Assembly: GCA_001275005.1 (NCBI GenBank)
Contig: JWZX01001868.1
Span: 1-34,874 of the forward strand
Reading direction: 5' to 3'
Origin: Chrysochromulina tobinii
Taxonomy: Eukaryota
DNA: 34,874 bases
The notes under the pieces: generated by a model
Databases searched by the model: none
Seen by the model: only the letters and a program-made list of their open reading frames with translations
Told to the model about the DNA's origin: nothing
Program-made: the position numbers and the translations under genes
Part shown: one piece after another, positions 1 to 8,800 of the stretch
Layout of the letters: every line of letters begins with the position of its first letter
How positions within the stretch are numbered: position 1 is the first letter of the stretch

Positions 1-290
1 ACCTCTGATGACCTCTGATGACCTCTGATGACCTCTGATGACCTCTGATGACCTCTGATGACCTCTTGATTGCCTCCTTCATCAGGTTCGATCTCGACGG
101 CGGAGAACCTCTGATGACCTCTGATGACCTCTGATGACCTCTGATGACCTCTGATGACCTCTGATGACCTCTGATGACCTTTGATGACCTTTGATGACCT
201 CTGATGACCTCTGATGACCTCTGATGGTCTCTGATGACCTCTGATGACCTCTGATGACCTCTGATGGCCTCTGATTGCCTCCTTCATCAG
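1..290 (+). repeat. Intronic 10-bp satellite (CTGATGACCT)n with a duplicated acceptor/exon-head block
   Basis: Tandem ACCTCTGATG units at 1-66 and ~107-270. The 33-bp block TGATTGCCTCCTTCATCAG|GTTCGATCTCGACG occurs at 67-99 and 272-304. Confidence 0.95.
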
Positions 291-1006
291 GTTCGATCTC
301 GACGCTGCTCGAAATGGAACGCGAGAACCCTGAGGCGATGCTCGAGCCCGAAGAGCTCGCGCTCGTGCAGGCGGGCGCGCGCGCGCTCCGGTGCGACGTG
401 TGCCTCGCGGCCTCGAAGGTGGGCGTGCAGCGTGCCAAGAAAGGAAAGGCGCTTCAGGACGAGACCGCGCTGAGCTCCATCGTGCAACTCCTGTGCTACG
501 GCACGCCTCCAGACAGCCTGCATGAGTATCCGAAATACCCAGGCAACCCCCCTCTGTGGGGAGAGTTGTATTCTGTCCAACGGCCCAGTAAGGGCGGCGG
601 CGGCGAGGGCGGCGGCGAGGGCGGCGGCGAGGGCGGCGGCGAGGGCGGCAGTGGCGGCGGCGAGGGCGGCAGTGGCGAGGGCGGCAGCGGCGGCGGCGCC
701 GCTGGTGGCCGTGGCAGCGGCGGCTGGCGACTGACGAAACGTCCAAAGGGCTCCAAGCCCGAGGAACGCGGCGGCTCGACGATGCAATACAACGAGCTGG
801 TGATCAAGCATGTAGTCATTAGCCGCGCATGCAAGCACGTGATCCTCGAGCCCGATGCGGACATCGATGACCACGACGGCGCGGTCGACCGGCCCGACCT
901 CGCTCAGACGATCTACGTCCACTCGGCCGAAACCGCTGAACAGATCGCCGCGCGCTACTGCCGCCCGTTTTGCGGCGCGAGGGCAGGCTCCAAGGAAGAG
1001 CTCTGA
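291..1006 (+). CDS. Last exon of an ER-lumen saposin-like (Canopy/MZB1, DUF3456-type) protein; 5' exons lie outside the window
   Basis: Acceptor ttcatcag at 283-290. Six-cysteine saposin-type pattern (LRCDVC...LLC...RAC...YCRPFC), a Gly-rich insertion, and a C-terminal KEEL ER-retention-like signal. Confidence 0.7.
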
Positions 1007-1367
1007 AGGTGTGAAGGTGTAGTCGAACGTGTGAATGGCCGCCAAGGAAGAGCTCTGGGCCGGACCCGAACAGCTGCTTGCGAGCGCGGTCTTGGAGGGC
1101 GTCCAACCTCACCTCTCACGGATCATGCTGGTTGGAGGTTGCTGGAGCGCGTTCCGTGGTGTGGCACATAATTTCAGAAAGATATTTCTCCCCCGCGCGG
1201 GTAACGGTAAGCCTGAAAGCCTGTAGGGTGGTAGTAGGGTGCGCTGATCGCCGCCCGCCCTGCAGCCGCAGGTCCCAGGCTACCTTCCGCGTCCACTTGC
1301 GACTACTCCAATCTCCAAAACAAAGCGGTTGAGCAAGGCGCGCCTGTCGCTCCCTGTGCGGCGCGCC

Positions 1368-2171
1368 TCAGCTACGATAGCGCTGGAGCAGACCCTCGAG
1401 CGCATGCACCTCCATCGTCAGTCTCGCCAGGTTCGCCTTGCCGCCGTCAGGCGCGATGGCCGTCGTGCTGGCGTCCATCAGACGGTTGAGGTAGAGCTGT
1501 GTGATGCCGATTGTCTCTAGGGCCTTATGCACATCCTGAAACTTTTGGATCGCCGCGCACAAGGCCTCGCGACGGCGCAGGAGGCGCTTCGCCTCCGCAT
1601 CCACCCAAGCGATCGTTTTGGCAGAGGCGCTGCGTAACGTCATCGGCCGGCCGAGGACGTCAAGCGTCGCGCCGACGAAGAGTTCATGTGGACGCACTGG
1701 TGTGCCGTCGGTATGCTCGATCGAGAGCGTGAGCGCCGCCTTGACATCCTCGGTGAACAGCTGGAAGCAATCCGTCGATGGCAGGTAGTGCAGCTTCACA
1801 TTCCGGCGGACGCCCATGCCCTGCCCGGAGGTCGTATAATCCGGGTGCGTGGCGAGCTCCTCGTTCCACCACGAGTAGAAGACGAGCGGATCGGGGATTG
1901 TAGTCACCGCAGCCGGCCGTGCACCCGGCCGCGGATCTCGTAGCAAGCCGTGGCACACAGTCTCCATCCCGATCGGTCCCAGGCGCGAGCTACGCTCGGC
2001 TACGGACATGGATGTCGCCGCGGCAGCCCGGGGCGAATTGCTCATGCTGGTCTGCATCAAGGCGGTGCCGGAAGGAGGGTCGCGGGGCGGGGCGACCAGA
2101 AAGGATTTGGTGAATCCCGTCTCCGGACGCGGCCGGAGGTCGGCTGGCCGATGTCGTGGCGAGCCGGCCAT
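1368..2171 (-). CDS. DM10-domain-like protein (EFHC/NME7 N-terminal type), probably axonemal
   Basis: Uninterrupted 267-aa ORF. The segment LVFYSWW...RRNVKLHYLPSTDCFQLF...ELFVGATLDVLGRPMTL resembles the DM10 consensus and is followed by a helical region. Confidence 0.6.
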   Translation of the reverse strand: MAGSPRHRPADLRPRPETGFTKSFLVAPPRDPPSGTALMQTSMSNSPRAAAATSMSVAERSSRLGPIGMETVCHGLLRDPRPGARPAAVTTIPDPLVFYSWWNEELATHPDYTTSGQGMGVRRNVKLHYLPSTDCFQLFTEDVKAALTLSIEHTDGTPVRPHELFVGATLDVLGRPMTLRSASAKTIAWVDAEAKRLLRRREALCAAIQKFQDVHKALETIGITQLYLNRLMDASTTAIAPDGGKANLARLTMEVHALEGLLQRYRS

Positions 2172-2508
2172 GTCAACGGAGTCGGATCAACGACGGGCGT
2201 GTGAACGGGCTGTTAATACGCGGCCGCCGACACCCAGGCCACACACGAACGATATTTCCGATTACGGGCGAGGCGTCCGCGTCAAAACGGTTTGACCGGA
2301 ATCAAGTGTGAAGTGAAACGGCTCTTCATGTAATGAAGTCTAGTTTCACAGCACGAGAGACGCACGCCGCACGGACGTCGAGCGACACGGCACGACATTC
2401 AACACCAGGTCGTAGCGAGCGACGCACCTGCCATGGCCCTGCCACAGTGTGATAACGAGAAGCAACTCCCAGCGACTCACCGTAGCGCACGGGCACAGCT
2501 TGTCAGCT

Positions 2509-3420
2509 TCAGGCGAGGCCTTGGGCTTGGCCACGTCCGTCCCCCATCATCTGCAGCTCTACGGCCGCCGGCTTCTTCCCGCCAAACCAGTTCGAAAGCC
2601 AAGCGCCCAAACCCGCCTCCTCCTCCGGCGCATGCATTGGCGTCGCGTCTCGCGACAGTTTCGTTTCCTCCTCCGGCGCATGCATTGGCGCCGCGTCTCG
2701 CGACCGTTTCGTTTCAGTGGCGGCCGGCATGGCGCCCGTTGCCTTGAGCGCCTCTTCGCCGCTCGGCGTGAGGCATAGCTGAAGGGCGAGCTCGATGTCA
2801 CCGTCGGCCTCGTCGTAGTAGAACTCCGCCTCGAGCAAGCTCATATCCGCCCCGATCATGAGCCTCCGTAGGCCCGTGGCACGCTTCTCTTCAGTTGTTG
2901 GCTCGCGCGCTGGTCGTACTCGAAGCTTCCGGCCTGGATACAGCTCCGACGTGAGCAGCTTGTTCAGCCTCATCAGCTCGTGACGGCGCATGCCGTGCCG
3001 TAGGCACACGGAGGCAAGTGTGTCGCCCAGCCCCACCTCGTAAAAATCGGTGCAGTCAGACGGAAGAGGCACTGCGGCCGCCGTGGGGCTGACGACGTTG
3101 GAGGTATCTCGCTTGGAACGCTGCCGCAGGCCGGCGACAAGTCCGCCTTCCGTGGCCGGGGCATCGAAGGAGGCCAGCGCGCGCGCTGTGATCTCGCAAC
3201 GTAAATGCGTAGCGTGCTTCGCGCAGCCACGTGACCGCTCGTCGCTGGCGTTGCAGCACGTCCACCCGATGGGCCCGTGAGGCGGAGACGCCGTGGGTCC
3301 GCCCTGGAACCTACCCGGGTGATGCATGCACGGGGTGCACTCGGACTCGTCGTAATGCTTCATGCAGCGCTTGCAGCGTGCAAGCCGCCCCTGGATGCCT
3401 GGTTGTTGGGCGTCCTCCAT
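2509..3420 (-). CDS. LysM-domain protein with an N-terminal Cys/His zinc-binding motif and a UBA-like segment
   Basis: CKRC...CMHHPG...WTCC...GC motif; LysM YEVGLGDTLASVCLRHGMRRHELMRLNKL...LYPGRKLRV; UBA-like EAEFYYDEADGDIELAL. A 48-bp in-frame duplication lies at 2618-2715. Confidence 0.8.
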   Translation of the reverse strand: MEDAQQPGIQGRLARCKRCMKHYDESECTPCMHHPGRFQGGPTASPPHGPIGWTCCNASDERSRGCAKHATHLRCEITARALASFDAPATEGGLVAGLRQRSKRDTSNVVSPTAAAVPLPSDCTDFYEVGLGDTLASVCLRHGMRRHELMRLNKLLTSELYPGRKLRVRPAREPTTEEKRATGLRRLMIGADMSLLEAEFYYDEADGDIELALQLCLTPSGEEALKATGAMPAATETKRSRDAAPMHAPEEETKLSRDATPMHAPEEEAGLGAWLSNWFGGKKPAAVELQMMGDGRGQAQGLA

Positions 3421-3629
3421 TAGCTCACAGACTTACGAGAAGGAGAAAATGGACGAAACGCGGTGTGAACCTAAGGACGCGTATTCAAGCTCTTAGACGG
3501 CGTTATTGTAGATTGTAGCGGTCATCTCATGGTCGAGCGTGGAGGTCGGGTTGGACAAAAATGGGCCTTCGCAAACCGCGCGCCTGAACACTATAAGGGT
3601 GCTTCGCGCTCAGACTGTCACGCTCGAGA

Positions 3630-4729
3630 TGGTTGATCGCCATGCCTCTGGCCAACTAAGTAGCACGGCTCCTTCGGGAAGCCCCACACCGGCATCTCAT
3701 CCTTTACCCCTTTACAACCGCATCTTGTGGGACTGTGGACGCCATCAAGGTGCTGCAATGGTTGCGTACTGCAATGCGTCAAGCAATGCTCAGAACATCG
3801 ACTGGCTTCGTAAGTTTGACACCGACGCAACCATTTTTGAATCCTATTTTGCGGGCATCTACGGTGGCTCGGCAATTGTGACATCAGCGCATCTCGAGTT
3901 TGTGTACAATTCAGTACCACAGCGCGGCAGCTTTTCGGCCTTGTGGACGTGCACCATTTGCACACCCTATCGGCAGTATGGCTGGCTATGGGCACCGCTC
4001 CAGGACGCAGTCCTCAACCCGTCACACTTGAGTGATCGGCTGCAGCCAACGCCGCCGAGCTTCAACATCTCGTTCGCTCGGTTACGGACTGAAGACGCCA
4101 AGCGCCGCGGCGTGTCCGTCATGGCCGATGAGTCCAACGGGCATTCGGCGTTTCCGGGATTCTTCATCCATCGACTAAACGGCACATGCCAACACGCATT
4201 TTGCGACGACTCGTCACACCGCAAACCGGTGCCCGACAACGCATGGGTGGAGGTGATGCGGATCAGTCGCTTCGAGTCGAACACGCTTGCATCGGAGAGA
4301 TGCACGATCGGCCAGGTGTTCTATTGGGTCGCGTTCGGCTCAGGATTCTGGATCAACGTGGGTCGCTCGGTTCGGCCATCGCGCCCTCAGTCACCGCGAG
4401 AGCACATAGGCTGGACCCACAGCTGGAATTGCGATCGGGCACATGAGCTCGGATTTGACACAATTCAGAGGCTGGGGGACCTTTCCTTTGAGCTCGTCGA
4501 CTGCCGCGGACTCGCTGAGCGTGCGGCCAGAGCCAATGAGACCATCTGGGAGGACGCGTGCCCACCGAAGCACACCGAGCTGCTGACGGGCGGATTGCCT
4601 CTCGGCTTCTTCTCTCCGGCCGTGCATCTGCCTGCTCACCAGGGGTTTGCTCACGCGCAGAATCAGAGTGCGCGCCGCTGCCAGTGCGACCCGACCTTGG
4701 ACTACCTCAATTGTCGACGGGGAGTATAG
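3630..4729 (+). CDS. Uncharacterised Cys/Trp-rich protein (start uncertain: ATG 3630 or 3758)
   Basis: Long ORF with globular-protein composition (WVEVMR, GSGFWINVGRS, GFDTIQ, ELVDCR, C-terminal CQCD...LNC). No family recognised with confidence. Confidence 0.7.
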
Positions 4730-5533
4730 ACGAGGAGCACGTCCGATAGGGGGACTTGGGCGCTTGCGCGGCTCGTGGCGGCGGCGGGCAACGCTCTGAT
4801 AGCGCTGGGCCGTTGGCCAGCGGCTTTCTGTAACTCAGGATCTGACAAACGTGAAAGATAAAGTCGGCGAGGGTTTAGTACGACGGTATGCTTTCGTTTA
4901 GTATGCACCGGTAATAGCGTAGGTAAATCCTCGGTCCATCTCCAAGCCCCCGCGGCGCGCGCGCGCGCGTGCGGGCCCCGCCCGGCGCCCCCAATAGTCC
5001 GACGTCCGCTCGTCCGGCGCCGTCGTCCCGGGACGCGGCGAGCCGTAGGCCGAGGCATCCGCGAGCCGCAGCGGCGTAGGAACGCGAATGCGCGAAACTT
5101 CAACTAACTCGAAACTCGGTGTGGGGGTCGCGCCGTCCCGTCCGCTCCCGGCGAAAGCGCTGCGGGGCGCGGGCGCGTGACCGGAATCCGTAACGCTCTC
5201 GGTATGGCGGACTGTGTAAGTGTGTGCGATGCTGAATCGTCAATCGCGTTATATCTCGTTCGGTATCCATACAGCGGTGTCCGGGTTCTCGGTTACGAGC
5301 AACTACGGAATAATGAACTCCTGCACCTTGGAGCTCGGGTTCGAGAACGAACTCGACAAGCCCCGCGGTACGCGACATGCTGAGCGACCATGTGAGCGAC
5401 AACCTGAGCGACAACCGTGAACCGACATCCTTCACAACTTCACTACCGTGGCGGACTACCAGGGGCAGGCGAGCACATCCTTCACTGGCGGGCGAGCAGG
5501 CGCGCAGGCCGCAGCGGCCCGCTGTGCGCGCGG

Positions 5534-5580
5534 AGAGAGATTAGGGAGATTAGGGAGATTAGGGAGAGAGATTAGGGAGA
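5534..5580 (+). repeat. (GAGATTAGG)n minisatellite containing four TTAGGG hexamers
   Basis: TTAGGG at 5541, 5550, 5559 and 5572. Confidence 0.85.
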
Positions 5581-5880
5581 TACACCGGCCGCTCGGCTGT
5601 CGAGTGTCCGTATGAGTATGAAACGTGTGAACGAGCACGGGCCATCATGGAGCCCGGGAATTGACCCGATTTGACATCACTAATGACCTCACTCTGACAT
5701 CACTAATGATCTCTAATGGCCCGAATTGACCCACTGGTCCGCCGCCTGGCTGGCCACCTTGGTCGCGCCCTCCGCCGCCTGCAGCAGCGAGCCGACGAAG
5801 ACCTCGAGGCTTCGGACGGCGGGTGGCGGACCCCCGGGCGGCGGCGTATAAGGAAACAAGGAAGGTGATCATCCCCGACG

Positions 5881-8800
5881 TTATCCCCGACGAGCACGGG
5901 CCACGAGCCAGTCAGCCTCTCGCGGGGCGTGCTGTTCAGTGGCCTTGAAGGCCCCTCGAGAGGCCACCTCCGCGCTCGTGTCGCATGCCTTCGACGAGCA
6001 CCACTTCCTAACATGGGAGGTGTCGCATGCCTTCCACGAGCACCACGGCTCAATTGCCGGGGCACTCAGCGCATTGACGAGACCGAGAAAGGGCAGCCGC
6101 GCCCGCCAGAGTTCGCGTCGCTCACCTAAGTGAAAGGCACATCAGGGAGGTCATCAGGGAGGTCATCAGGGAGGCCATCAGGGAGGTCATCAGGGAGGTC
6201 ATAAGCGCCGCTCACCTAGGTGAAAGGCGACGAGCTCGGCCGCGGCGAAGTTGCGGTCGTACGCTTGCTCTTGCTTGGGCGCCGCGCCAAAGTAGGCCAC
6301 GTCATCGACCACCATGAGCCCTTTGGTGAACCACTTGCCTCCGGCTGCACACGCGGGCGGACGAGGTTGAATCACGCGGGCGGACGAGGTTGAATCACGC
6401 GGGCGGACGAGGTTGAATCACGCGGGCGGACGAGGTTGAATCAGAGGCAATTAGAGGCAATCAGAGGCAATCAGAGACAATTAGAGGCAATCAGAGGCAA
6501 TTTGAGGCAATCAGAGGCGATTAGAGGCGATCTTGGATGTCAGCAGAGACGTCATCACGTCATCAGGGAGGTCATCAGGGAGGTCATCAGGGAGGTCATC
6601 AGAGACGTCATCAGAGACGTCATCACGGAGGTCATCCGGGTGGTCCTCAGGAATCTCACCGGTCCAGAGCGTCGACGAGGTGCCGTTGGGCGCGAGCAGC
6701 CCGAGACCTCCGATCTGCGAGAGGAGATAGAGCACCTGTGGGGAAGGGGCGCCGTGGTGAGCATGCGCATGCAGCCCGAGGCCGCCGAACTGCGAGAGAG
6801 GAGATCAGAGCACCTGCCCACGATAGAAGAGAGGAGATAGAAGAGAGGAGATCGGAGGAGATCGGAGGAGATCAGAGGAGATCAGAGGAGATCAGAGGAG
6901 ATCAGAGCACCTGCCCACGATAGAAGAGAGGGTTGTGGCAATTGGGTCCTCCGAGTCGCACGCTGCGCCGCGGCTTGCCCGTGCGCCGGTCGACCAGACG
7001 AAGCATGGAGGTTGCGGCGAGATTGTTGTGCAGGCACCAGAGCAGGCGCGGCGTGGCGAGCACGTTGTTCGCGTGCGCGTGTGCGCGGCCGATCGCGGAC
7101 ATGCCCAGCGCGGTGGACACGCTGCGCTTGATCACCAGCCGTACAAATGGACCGCCACCCTCCATCCCGGGGTCCTCTAATCCCAACCATCCACCTTCCT
7201 TATTTGGACCACCTCTCTCAAATCGCAACGGTCGCACGCCGCCGTCGGCGCGCCATACGGTAAAGTTGGCCTCCGGAATCTGACGAATCTTCTTCGAAGA
7301 CCATTCCTTATTCGGACCAGCTTCCTTATTTGGACCAGCCTCCTCATTTGGATCTCCCTTGATTGCCCTTGATGACGACAGTATCTCGATGTCGAGCTCG
7401 AGCACACGCGCGGTAGCGGAGTCGACTACAAGGGGCGCCCATCGTGGTTATCAGTGGTAATCAGTGGTGATCAGTGGTGATCAGTGGTAATCAGTGGCAA
7501 TCAGTGGTAATCAGTGGCAAATCAGTGACCACACCAGAGGTCATCAGGGGCCATCAGAGTTCATTCACGCCTCTCATTCACACCTACAAGGAGCGTCCCC
7601 TCGTCGGAGAGGATTGAGTCATGAAGGTAGCCAGTGGGCAGCCCCCACTCGCCCGCCACACGCCTCGAGCCCGGATCGAGAAGCGTGAGGCCATCCATCC
7701 CGACACCGAGGGACGACGCGTTGCGTGCGGCGGGGCGCGAGTACTTCTCCTGGCTGCGGAGGGGGGTGGGGGGATGAGGATGAGATGAGGAGTGCAATCA
7801 GCATTCGGGACGGGAGTGCTTCTCCGCACGAGAAGCAATCAATCGCACTCATAGAGATCATCCGCGTTGAGTGCTTCTGAGATCTGCAATCAATCGCACG
7901 CAAAGAGGTCATCCGAGATGAGAAGCAATCAATCACACTCAGAGAGATCGTCATAGAGACAGGCCATCAGAGAGGTCATCCGCGTTGATCACCTGCCCAC
8001 GAGCAGCCACGGCGCCGTCCTGGGCAGCGGCACCACGCCATAGTAGTGGCCGTAGCCGCGGCTCAGCCGCCGGATGCAGCCCAGTCCCAAATCGAGCTCC
8101 ATGAGCGCCTGTGGGGAAAGGGCGCCGTGGTGAGCACATGGGTCCCAGCTCGAGCTCGAAGCGCGTCGTGGTGAGCACATGGGTGGCGTCGGGAGGATCC
8201 AAGATAACACTCACTAGCAATCACTTTCAATCACTTTCAATCAATCACAATCAGGAGCAATCAGGATCACTCAGGAGCACCTGGTGCGTCGACAGGAGCA
8301 ATCATGAGCAATCAGGAGCAATCAATAGCAACCAGGAGCAATCAGGAGCAATCAAGAGCACCTGGTGCGTCGACAGGAGCAGGCGAAACGCACTCGTGCC
8401 TCTCCCCGCCCACGCAGGCCACTGGTCGAGCGGGGGAGTGACGGAACACGTACGCCACGCGGGCGATGCAAGCGCGTTGGGTCGGGCGTAGATAGGCAAT
8501 TGCATGCCGATCGCGTTGGGTCGGGCGTAGATAGGCGATTGCCTAAAAAGGGACCCATGCCGATCCAAATTCGGATCCAAATGAAGAGGGCTCGCCCGGT
8601 ACGGCGCCGTGGGTGCGCCCGGTACGGCGCCGCCGATCCCGAGCCAACGAGAGAGGAAGTCTGGTATAGCTGGCATAGCGGCAGCCAGATGAGGCAGCCC
8701 GACGAGACAGCCCACGGCGACCTTGTTGCAGCTCTCGGGCATCGCGGCCGCTTGGCGCAGCCCGACGAGCCAGCCCACGGTGCGCACGAGACCAAATATG

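Noticed and set aside
82..438. ORFs with SSEVIRGHQR / QSEAIRGNQR repeats (also 6436-6840, 9815-10434, 10507-11115)
   Set aside because: These are translations of intronic 10-bp satellites on the antisense strand, not real proteins.
990..1056. 16-bp direct repeat CCAAGGAAGAGCTCTG around the stop codon, as a possible intron or TSD
   Set aside because: Only ~35 nt separate the copies, there is no polypyrimidine tract or cassette, and the first copy already gives a sensible KEEL-stop.
5541..5577. True telomere or chromosome end
   Set aside because: Only four TTAGGG in a 9-bp period, internal to gene-dense sequence.
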